DNA of 64,000 nucleotides from Macrostomum lignano (Eukaryota). The translations under genes and the position numbers were made by a program. Where the stretch lies: the NCBI GenBank assembly GCA_002269645.1, contig NIVC01001970.1:13329-77328 (forward strand), in the 5' to 3' direction. This document shows positions 37,601 to 49,600 of the stretch, piece by piece. The notes beneath the pieces are model-generated. The model was given only the letters and a program-made list of their open reading frames with translations. It ran no database searches and was not told the DNA's origin. Within the stretch, counting starts at the first letter, position 1, and each line of letters begins with the position of its first letter.

Positions 37601-40600
37601 CCACATCCTGTTTCGCTCGAACGGAGCCGACCATGAAGGATGTCTCAAGGAAGGAGCGCATTCTCTTACTTCAAGCTCTTCTTGTAGCGCGTCGAGTCCG
37701 ATGTCTGCAGCATCTCACAGACGCCCATGTCCTCCACATCCTGTTTCGCTCGAACGGAGCCGACCATGAAGGATGTCTCAAGGAACGAAGCGCATTCTCT
37801 CACTTCTAGCTCTTCTTTGTAGCGCATTGTCGAGTCCGATGTCTGCAGCATCTCACAGACGCCCATGTCCTCCACATCCTGTTTCGCTCGAACGGAGCCG
37901 ACCATGACCGAAGTCTCGAGGAAGGATGCGCACTCTCTTACTTCAAGCTCTTCTTGTAGCGTACCGACCCGACTGATGTCTGCAGCATCTCACAGACGCC
38001 CATGTCCTCCACATCCTGTTTCGCTCGAACGGAGCCGACCATGAAGGATGTCTCAAGGAACGAAGCGCATTCTCTCACTTCTAGCTCTTCTTTGTAGCGC
38101 ATTGTCGAGTCCGATGTCTGCAGCATCTCACAGACGCCCATGTCCTCCACATCCTGTTTCGCTCGAACGGAGCCGACCATGAAGGAGTCTCAAGGAACGA
38201 GCGCATTCTCTCACTTCAAGCTCTTCTTTGTAGCGCATTGTCGAGTCCGATGTCTGCAGCATCTCACAGACGCCCATGTCCTCCACATCCTGTTTCGCTC
38301 GAACGGAGCCGACCATGAGAAGTCTCAAGGAACGAGCGCATTCTCTCACTTCAAGCTCTTCTTTGTAGCGCGTACCGACCGACTGATGTCTGCAGCATCT
38401 CACAGACGCCCATGTCCTCCACATCCTGTTTCGCTCGAACGGAGCCGACCATGACCGAAGTCTCGAGGAAGGATGCGCACTCTCTTACTTCAAGCTCTTC
38501 TTTGTAGCGTACCGACCCGACTGATGTCTGCAGCATCTCACAGACGCCCATGTCCTCCACATCCTGTTTCGCTCGAACGGAGCCGACCATGAAGGATGTC
38601 TCAAGGAACGAAGCGCATTCTCTCACTTCTAGCTCTTCTTTGTAGCGCATTGTCGAGTCCGATGTCTGCAGCATCTCACAGACGCCCATGTCCTCCACAT
38701 CCTGTTTCGCTCGAACGGAGCCGACCATGACCGAAGTCTCGAGGAAGGATGCGCACTCTCTTACTTCAAGCTCTTCTTGTAGCGTACCGACCCGACTGAT
38801 GTCTGCAGCATCTCACAGACGCCCATGTCCTCCACATCCTGTTTCGCTCGAACGGAGCCGACCATGAAGGATGTCTCAAGGAACGAAGCGCATTCTCTCA
38901 CTTCTAGCTCTTCTTTGTAGCGCATTGTCGAGTCCGATGTCTGCAGCATCTCACAGACGCCCATGTCCTCCACTTCTTGTTTCGCTCGAACGGAGCCGAC
39001 CATGACCGAAGTCTCAAGGAAGGATGCGCACTCTCTTACTTCAAGCTCTTCCTTGTAGCGTACCGACCCGACTGATGTCTGCAGCATCTCACAGACGCCC
39101 ATGTCCTCCACATCCTGTTTCGCTCGAACGGAGCCGACCATGAAGGATGTCTCAAGGAACGAAGCGCATTCTCTCACTTCCAGCTCTTCTTTGTAGCGCA
39201 TTGTCGAGTCCGATGTCTGCAGCATCTCACAGACGCCCATGTCCTCCACATCCTGTTTCGCTCGAACGGAGCCGACCATGACGAAGTCTCGAGGAAGGAT
39301 GCGCACTCTCTTACTTCAAGCTCTTCTTGTAGCGTACCGACCCGACTGATGTCTGCAGCATCTCACAGACGCCCATGTCCTCCACATCCTGTTTCGCTCG
39401 AACGGAGCCGACCATGACCGAAGTCTCGAGGAAGGATGCGCACTCTCTTACTTCAAGCTCTTCTTGTAGCGTACCGACCCGACTGATGTCTGCAGCATCT
39501 CACAGACGCCCATGTCCTCCACATCCTGTTTCGCTCGAACGGAGCCGACCATGAAGGATGTCTCAAGGAACGAAGCGCATTCTCTCACTTCTAGCTCTTC
39601 TTTGTAGCGCATTGTCGAGTCCGATGTCTGCAGCATCTCACAGACGCCCATGTCCTCCACATCCTGTTTCGCTCGAACGGAGCCGACCATGACCGAAGTC
39701 TCGAGGAAGGATGCGCACTCTCTTACTTCAAGCTCTTCCTTGTAGCGTACCGACCCGACTGATGTCTGCAGCATCTCACAGACGCCCATGTCCTCCACAT
39801 CCTGTTTCGCTCGAACGGAGCCGACCATGAAGGATGTCTCAAGGAACGAAGCGCATTCTCTCACTTCTAGCTCTTCTTTGTAGCGCATTGTCGAGTCCGA
39901 TGTCTGCAGCATCTCACAGACGCCCATGCCTCACATCCTGTTTCGCTCGAACGGAGCCGACCATGACCGAAGTCTCGAGGAAGGATGCGCACTCTCTTAC
40001 TTCAAGCTCTTCCTTGTAGCGTACCGACCCGACTGATGTCTGCAGCATCTCACAGACGCCCATGTCCTCCACATCCTGTTTCGCTCGAACGGAGCCGACC
40101 ATGAAGGATGTCTCAAGGAACGAAGCGCATTCTCTCACTTCTAGCTCTTCTTTGTAGCGCATTGTCGAGTCCGATGTCTGCAGCATCTCACAGACGCCCA
40201 TGCCGTCTACATCTGTTTCGCTCGAACGGAGCCGACCATGACCGAAGTCTCGAGGAAGGATGCGCACTCTCTTACTTCAAGCTCTTCCTTGTAGCGTACC
40301 GACCCGACTGATGTCTGCAGCATCTCACAGACGCCCATGTCCTCCACATCCTGTTTCGCTCGAACGGAGCCGACCATGAAGGATGTCTCAAGGAACGAAG
40401 CGCATTCTCTCACTTCTAGCTCTTCTTTGTAGCGCATTGTCGAGTCCGATGTCTGCAGCATCTCACAGACGCCCATGCCTCTACATCTGTTTCGCTCGAA
40501 CGGAGCCGACCATGACCGAAGTCTCGAGGAAGGATGCGCACTCTCTTACTTCAAGCTCTTCCTTGTAGCGTACCGACCCGACTGATGTCTGCAGCATCTC

Positions 40601-43600
40601 ACAGACGCCCATGTCCTCCACATCCTGTTTCGCTCGAACGGAGCCGACCATGAAGGATGTCTCAAGGAACGAAGCGCATTCTCTCACTTCTAGCTCTTCT
40701 TTGTAGCGCATTGTCGAGTCCGATGTCTGCAGCATCTCACAGACGCCCATGTCCTCCACATCCTGTTTCGCTCGAACGGAGCCGACCATGACCGAAGTCT
40801 CGAGGAAGGATGCGCACTCTCTTACTTCAAGCTCTTCCTTGTAGCGTACCGACCCGACTGATGTCTGCAGCATCTCACAGACGCCCATGTCCTCCACATC
40901 CTGTTTCGCTCGAACGGAGCCGACCATGAAGGATGTCTCAAGGAACGAAGCGCATTCTCTCACTTCTAGCTCTTCTTTGTAGCGCATTGTCGAGTCCGAT
41001 GTCTGCAGCATCTCACAGACGCCCATGTCCTCCACATCCTGTTTCGCTCGAACGGAGCCGACCATGACCGAAGTCTCGAGGAAGGATGCGCACTCTCTTA
41101 CTTCAAGCTCTTCCTTGTAGCGTACCGACCCGACTGATGTCTGCAGCATCTCACAGACGCCCATGTCCTCCACATCCTGTTTCGCTCGAACGGAGCCGAC
41201 CATGACCGAAGTCTCAAGGAAGGATGCGCACTCTCTTACTTCAAGCTCTTCTTGTAGCGTACCGACCCGACTGATGTCTGCAGCATCTCACAGACGCCCA
41301 TGTCCTCCACATCCTGTTTCGCTCGAACGGAGCCGACCATGAAGGATGTCTCAAGGAACGAAGCGCATTCTCTCACTTCTAGCTCTTCTTTGTAGCGCAT
41401 TGTCGAGTCCGATGTCTGCAGCATCTCACAGACGCCCATGTCCTCCACATCCTGTTTCGCTCGAACGGAGCCGACCATGACCGAAGTCTCGAGGAAGGAT
41501 GCGCACTCTCTTACTTCAAGCTCTTCTTGTAGCGTACCGACCCGACTGATGTCTGCAGCATCTCACAGACGCCCATGTCCTCCACATCCTGTTTCGCTCG
41601 AACGGAGCCGACCATGAAGGATGTCTCAAGGAACGAAGCGCATTCTCTCACTTCAGCTCTTCTTTGTAGCGCATTGTCGAGTCCGATGTCTGCAGCATCT
41701 CACAGACGCCCATGTCCTCCACATCCTGTTTCGCTCGAACGGAGCCGACCATGAAGGATGTCTCAAGGAACGAAGCGCATTCTCTCACTTCTAGCTCTTC
41801 TTTGTAGCGCATTGTCGAGTCCGATGTCTGCAGCATCTCACAGACGCCCATGTCCTCCACATCCTGTTTCGCTCGAACGGAGCCGACCATGAAGGATGTC
41901 TCAAGGAACGAAGCGCATTCTCTCACTTCTAGCTCTTCTTTGTAGCGCATTGTCGAGTCCGATGTCTGCAGCATCTCACAGACGCCCATGTCCTCCACAT
42001 CCTGTTTCGCTCGAACGGAGCCGACCATGACCGAAGTCTCGAGGAACGATGCGCACTCTCTTACTTCAGCTCTTCTTGTAGCGTACCGACCGACTGATGT
42101 CTGCAGCATCTCACAGACGCCCATGTCCTCCACATCCTGTTTCGCTCGAACGGAGCCGACCATGAAGGATGTCTCAAGGAACGAAGCGCATTCTCTCACT
42201 TCAGCTCTTCTTTGTAGCGCATTGTCGAGTCCGATGTCTGCAGCATCTCACAGACGCCCATGTCCTCCACATCCTGTTTCGCTCGAACGGAGCCGACCAT
42301 GAAGGATGTCTCAAGGAACGAAGCGCATTCTCTCACTTCTAGCTCTTCTTTGTAGCGCATTGTCGAGTCCGATGTCTGCAGCATCTCACAGACGCCCATG
42401 CCTCACATCCTGTTTCGCTCGAACGGAGCCGACCATGACCGAAGTCTCGAGGAAGGATGCGCACTCTCTTACTTCAAGCTCTTCCTTGTAGCGTACCGAC
42501 CCGACTGATGTCTGCAGCATCTCACAGACGCCCATGTCCTCCACATCCTGTTTCGCTCGAACGGAGCCGACCATGAAGGATGTCTCAAGGAACGAAGCGC
42601 ATTCTCTCACTTCTAGCTCTTCTTTGTAGCGCATTGTCGAGTCCGATGTCTGCAGCATCTCACAGACGCCCATGTCCTCCACATCCTGTTTCGCTCGAAC
42701 GGAGCCGACCATGACCGAAGTCTCGAGGAAGGATGCGCACTCTCTTACTTCAAGCTCTTCCTTGTAGCGTACCGACCGACTGATGTCTGCAGCATCTCAC
42801 AGACGCCCATGTCCTCCACATCCTGTTTCGCTCGAACGGAGCCGACCATGAAGGATGTCTCAAGGAACGAAGCGCATTCTCTCACTTCAGCTCTTCTTTG
42901 TAGCGCATTGTCGAGTCCGATGTCTGCAGCATCTCACAGACGCCCATGTCCTCCACATCCTGTTTCGCTCGAACGGAGCCGACCATGAAGGATGTCTCAA
43001 GGAACGAAGCGCATTCTCTCACTTCTAGCTCTTCTTTGTAGCGCATTGTCGAGTCCGATGTCTGCAGCATCTCACAGACGCCCATGTCCTCCACATCCTG
43101 TTTCGCTCGAACGGAGCCGACCATGAAGGATGTCTCAAGGAACGAAGCGCATTCTCTCACTTCTAGCTCTTCTTTGTAGCGCATTGTCGAGTCCGATGTC
43201 TGCAGCATCTCACAGACGCCCATGTCCTCCACATCCTGTTTCGCTCGAACGGAGCCGACCATGAAGGATGTCTCAAGGAACGAAGCGCATTCTCTCACTT
43301 CTAGCTCTTCTTTGTAGCGCATTGTCGAGTCCGATGTCTGCAGCATCTCACAGACGCCCATGTCCTCCACATCCTGTTTCGCTCGAACGGAGCCGACCAT
43401 GACCGAAGTCTCGAGGAAGATGCGCACTCTCTTACTTCAAGCTCTTCCTTGTAGCGTACCGACCCGACTGATGTCTGCAGCATCTCACAGACGCCCATGT
43501 CCTCCACATCCTGTTTCGCTCGAACGGAGCCGACCATGAAGGATGTCTCAAGGAACGAAGCGCATTCTCTCACTTCAGCTCTTCTTTGTAGCGCATTGTC

Positions 43601-46600
43601 GAGTCCGATGTCTGCAGCATCTCACAGACGCCCATGTCCTCCACATCCTGTTTCGCTCGAACGGAGCCGACCATGAAGGATGTCTCAAGGAACGAAGCGC
43701 ATTCTCTCACTTCTAGCTCTTCTTTGTAGCGCATTGTCGAGTCCGATGTCTGCAGCATCTCACAGACGCCCATGTCCTCCACATCCTGTTTCGCTCGAAC
43801 GGAGCCGACCATGACCGAAGTCTCGAGGAAGGATGCGCACTCTCTTACTTCAAGCTCTTCCTTGTAGCGTACCGACCCGACTGATGTCTGCAGCATCTCA
43901 CAGACGCCCATGTCCTCCACATCCTGTTTCGCTCGAACGGAGCCGACCATGAAGGATGTCTCAAGGAACGAAGCGCATTCTCTCACTTCTAGCTCTTCTT
44001 TGTAGCGCATTGTCGAGTCCGATGTCTGCAGCATCTCACAGACGCCCATGTCCTCCACATCCTGTTTCGCTCGAACGGAGCCGACCATGAAGGATGTCTC
44101 AAGGAACGAGCGCATTCTCTCACTTCTAGCTCTTCTTGTAGCGCATTGTCGAGTCCGATGTCTGCAGCATCTCACAGACGCCCATGTCCTCCACATCCTG
44201 TTTCGCTCGAACGGAGCCGACCATGAAGGATGTCTCAAGGAACGAAGCGCATTCTCTCACTTCTAGCTCTTCTTTGTAGCGCATTGTCGAGTCCGATGTC
44301 TGCAGCATCTCACAGACGCCCATGTCCTCCACATCCTGTTTCGCTCGAACGGAGCCGACCATGACCGAAGTCTCGAGGAAGGATGCGCACTCTCTTACTT
44401 CAAGCTCTTCTTGTAGCGTACCGACCCGACTGATGTCTGCAGCATCTCACAGACGCCCATGTCCTCCACATCCTGTTTCGCTCGAACGGAGCCGACCATG
44501 AAGGATGTCTCAAGGAACGAAGCGCATTCTCTCACTTCTAGCTCTTCTTTGTAGCGCATTGTCGAGTCCGATGTCTGCAGCATCTCACAGACGCCCATGT
44601 CCTCCACATCCTGTTTCGCTCGAACGGAGCCGACCATGACCGAAGTCTCGAGGAAGGATGCGCACTCTCTTACTTCAAGCTCTTCCTTGTAGCGTACCGA
44701 CCCGACTGATGTCTGCAGCATCTCACAGACGCCCATGTCCTCCACATCCTGTTTCGCTCGAACGGAGCCGACCATGAAGGATGTCTCAAGGAACGAAGCG
44801 CATTCTCTCACTTCTAGCTCTTCTTTGTAGCGCATTGTCGAGTCCGATGTCTGCAGCATCTCACAGACGCCCATGTCCTCCACATCCTGTTTCGCTCGAA
44901 CGGAGCCGACCATGAAGGATGTCTCAAGGAACGAAGCGCATTCTCTCACTTCTAGCTCTTCTTTGTAGCGCATTGTCGAGTCCGATGTCTGCAGCATCTC
45001 ACAGACGCCCATGTCCTCCACATCCTGTTTCGCTCGAACGGAGCCGACCATGACCGAAGTCTCGAGGAAGGATGCGCACTCTCTTACTTCAAGCTCTTCC
45101 TTGTAGCGTACCGACCGACTGATGTCTGCAGCATCTCACAGACGCCCATGTCCTCCACATCCTGTTTCGCTCGAACGGAGCCGACCATGAAGGATGTCTC
45201 AAGGAACGAAGCGCATTCTCTCACTTCAGCTCTTCTTTGTAGCGCATTGTCGAGTCCGATGTCTGCAGCATCTCACAGACGCCCATGTCCTCCACATCCT
45301 GTTTCGCTCGAACGGAGCCGACCATGAAGGATGTCTCAAGGAACGAAGCGCATTCTCTCACTTCTAGCTCTTCTTTGTAGCGCATTGTCGAGTCCGATGT
45401 CTGCAGCATCTCACAGACGCCCATGTCCTCCACATCCTGTTTCGCTCGAACGGAGCCGACCATGAAGGATGTCTCAAGGAACGAAGCGCATTCTCTCACT
45501 TCTAGCTCTTCTTTGTAGCGCATTGTCGAGTCCGATGTCTGCAGCATCTCACAGACGCCCATGTCCGTCCACTTCTGTTTCGCTCGAACGGAGCCGACCA
45601 TGACCGAAGTCTCGAGGAAGGATGCGCACTCTCTTACTTCAAGCTCTTCCTTGTAGCGTACCGACCCGACTGATGTCTGCAGCATCTCACAGACGCCCAT
45701 GTCCTCCACATCCTGTTTCGCTCGAACGGAGCCGACCATGAAGGATGTCTCAAGGAACGAAGCGCATTCTCTCACTTCTAGCTCTTCTTTGTAGCGCATT
45801 GTCGAGTCCGATGTCTGCAGCATCTCACAGACGCCCATGCCGTCTACTTCTTGTTTCGCTCGAACGGAGCCGACCATGACCGAAGTCTCGAGGAAGGATG
45901 CGCACTCTCTTACTTCAAGCTCTTCCTTGTAGCGTACCGACCCGACTGATGTCTGCAGCATCTCACAGACGCCCATGTCCTCCACATCCTGTTTCGCTCG
46001 AACGGAGCCGACCATGAAGGATGTCTCAAGGAACGAAGCGCATTCTCTCACTTCTAGCTCTTCTTTGTAGCGCATTGTCGAGTCCGATGTCTGCAGCATC
46101 TCACAGACGCCCATGCCGTCTACTTCTTGTTTCGCTCGAACGGAGCCGACCATGACCGAAGTCTCGAGGAAGGATGCGCACTCTCTTACTTCAAGCTCTT
46201 CCTTGTAGCGTACCGACCCGACTGATGTCTGCAGCATCTCACAGACGCCCATGTCCTCCACATCCTGTTTCGCTCGAACGGAGCCGACCATGAAGGATGT
46301 CTCAAGGAACGAAGCGCATTCTCTCACTTCTAGCTCTTCTTTGTAGCGCATTGTCGAGTCCGATGTCTGCAGCATCTCACAGACGCCCATGCCGTCTACT
46401 TCTGTTTCGCTCGAACGGAGCCGACCATGACCGAAGTCTCGAGGAAGGATGCGCACTCTCTTACTTCAAGCTCTTCCTTGTAGCGTACCGACCCGACTGA
46501 TGTCTGCAGCATCTCACAGACGCCCATGTCCTCCACATCCTGTTTCGCTCGAACGGAGCCGACCATGAAGGATGTCTCAAGGAACGAAGCGCATTCTCTC

Positions 46601-49600
46601 ACTTCTAGCTCTTCTTTGTAGCGCATTGTCGAGTCCGATGTCTGCAGCATCTCACAGACGCCCATGCCGTCTACTTCTGTTTCGCTCGAACGGAGCCGAC
46701 CATGACCGAAGTCTCGAGGAAGGATGCGCACTCTCTTACTTCAAGCTCTTCCTTGTAGCGTACCGACCCGACTGATGTCTGCAGCATCTCACAGACGCCC
46801 ATGTCCTCCACATCCTGTTTCGCTCGAACGGAGCCGACCATGAAGGATGTCTCAAGGAACGAAGCGCATTCTCTCACTTCTAGCTCTTCTTTGTAGCGCA
46901 TTGTCGAGTCCGATGTCTGCAGCATCTCACAGACGCCCATGTCCTCCACATCCTGTTTCGCTCGAACGGAGCCGACCATGACCGAAGTCTCGAGGAAGGA
47001 TGCGCACTCTCTTACTTCAAGCTCTTCCTTGTAGCGTACCGACCCGACTGATGTCTGCAGCATCTCACAGACGCCCATGTCCTCCACATCCTGTTTCGCT
47101 CGAACGGAGCCGACCATGAAGGATGTCTCAAGGAACGAAGCGCATTCTCTCACTTCTAGCTCTTCTTTGTAGCGCATTGTCGAGTCCGATGTCTGCAGCA
47201 TCTCACAGACGCCCATGCCGTCTACTTCTTGTTTCGCTCGAACGGAGCCGACCATGACCGAAGTCTCGAGGAAGGATGCGCACTCTCTTACTTCAAGCTC
47301 TTCCTTGTAGCGTACCGACCCGACTGATGTCTGCAGCATCTCACAGACGCCCATGTCCTCCACATCCTGTTTCGCTCGAACGGAGCCGACCATGAAGGAT
47401 GTCTCAAGGAACGAAGCGCATTCTCTCACTTCTAGCTCTTCTTTGTAGCGCATTGTCGAGTCCGATGTCTGCAGCATCTCACAGAAGCCCATGCCGTCTA
47501 CTTCTTGTTTCGCTCGAACGGAGCCGACCATGACCGAAGTCTCGAGGAAGGATGCGCACTCTCTTACTTCAAGCTCTTCCTTGTAGCGTACCGACCCGAC
47601 TGATGTCTGCAGCATCTCACAGACGCCCATGTCCTCCACATCCTGTTTCGCTCGAACGGAGCCGACCATGAAGGATGTCTCAAGGAACGAAGCGCATTCT
47701 CTCACTTCTAGCTCTTCTTTGTAGCGCATTGTCGAGTCCGATGTCTGCAGCATCTCACAGACGCCCATGCCGTCTACTTCTTGTTTCGCTCGAACGGAGC
47801 CGACCATGACCGAAGTCTCGAGGAAGGATGCGCACTCTCTTACTTCAAGCTCTTCCTTGTAGCGTACCGACCCGACTGATGTCTGCAGCATCTCACAGAC
47901 GCCCATGTCCTCCACATCCTGTTTCGCTCGAACGGAGCCGACCATGAAGGATGTCTCAAGGAACGAAGCGCATTCTCTCACTTCTAGCTCTTCTTTGTAG
48001 CGCATTGTCGAGTCCGATGTCTGCAGCATCTCACAGACGCCCATGCCGTCTACTTCTTGTTTCGCTCGAACGGAGCCGACCATGACCGAAGTCTCGAGGA
48101 AGGATGCGCACTCTCTTACTTCAAGCTCTTCCTTGTAGCGTACCGACCCGACTGATGTCTGCAGCATCTCACAGACGCCCATGTCCTCCACATCCTGTTT
48201 CGCTCGAACGGAGCCGACCATGACCGAAGTCTCGAGGAAGGATGCGCACTCTCTTACTTCAAGCTCTTCCTTGTAGCGTACCGACCCGACTGATGTCTGC
48301 AGCATCTCACAGACGCCCATTCCATCGACTGACTGTTCCACTTGAACTGAAGCCTCCTTCACAAGGGTCTCTACTCGGATAGCGCCTTCCAGGAATGTGG
48401 TCTCGGAGAATGTGAAGCACTCGTCGAGTTTCGGCTCTTCCTTGTAGCGTACCGACCCGTCTGATGTGAGCAGCATCTCACAGACGCCCATTCCATCGAC
48501 TGACTGTTCCACTTGAACTGAAGCCTCCTTCACAAGTGTCTCTACTCGGATAGCGCCTTCCAGGAATGTGGTCTCGGAGAATGTGAAGCACTCGTCGAGT
48601 TTCGGCTCTTCCTTGTTGCGTACCGACCCGTCTGATGTGAGCAGCATCTCACAGACGCCCATTCCATCGACTGGCTGTTCCACTTGAACTGAAGCCTCCT
48701 TCACAAGTGTCTCTACTCGGATAGCGCCTTCCAGGAATGTGGTCTCGGAGAATGTGAAGCACTCGTCGAGTTTCGGCTCCTCCTTGTAGCGTACCGAAGC
48801 GTCTGATGTGAGCAGCATCTCACAGACGCCCATGTCGTCTATTTCTTGTGTCACTCGAACAGATCTTATCATGACGGATGTCTCGAGGAACGATGCGCAG
48901 TCTCTCACTTCTAGCTCTTCTTTGTAGCGCATTGTCGTGTCTGATGTCTCCAACATCTCACAGAAGCCCATTTCGTTCACACTCTGGCTTACTCGAATGG
49001 ACTCACTCAAGACAGTCGTTTCCAGGAATGAGGCGCATTCGTTGAGCTTCGGCTCTTCCTTGTAGCGTACCGACCCGACTGATGTCTGCAGCATCTCACA
49101 GACGCCCATGTCCTCCACATCCTGTTTCGCTCGAACGGAGCCGACCATGAAGGATGTCTCAAGGAACGAAGCGCATTCTCTCACTTCTAGCTCTTCTTTG
49201 TAGCGCATTGTCGAGTCCGATGTCTGCAGCATCTCACAGACGCCCATGCCGTCTACTTCTTGTTTCGCTCGAACGGAGCCGACCATGACCGAAGTCTCGA
49301 GGAAGGATGCGCACTCTCTTACTTCAAGCTCTTCCTTGTAGCGTACCGACCCGACTGATGTCTGCAGCATCTCACAGACGCCCATGTCCTCCACATCCTG
49401 TTTCGCTCGAACGGAGCCGACCATGAAGGATGTCTCAAGGAACGAAGCGCATTCTCTCACTTCTAGCTCTTCTTTGTAGCGCATTGTCGAGTCCGATGTC
49501 TGCAGCATCTCACAGAAGCCCATGCCGTCTACTTCTTGTTTCGCTCGAACGGAGCCGACCATGACCGAAGTCTCGAGGAAGGATGCGCACTCTCTTACTT

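Noticed and set aside
104-46775. Many + strand ORFs MSQGTKRILSLLALLCSALSSP... that look like signal peptides
   Set aside because: Antisense shadows of the coding repeat; they recur once per unit and depend on the indel positions.
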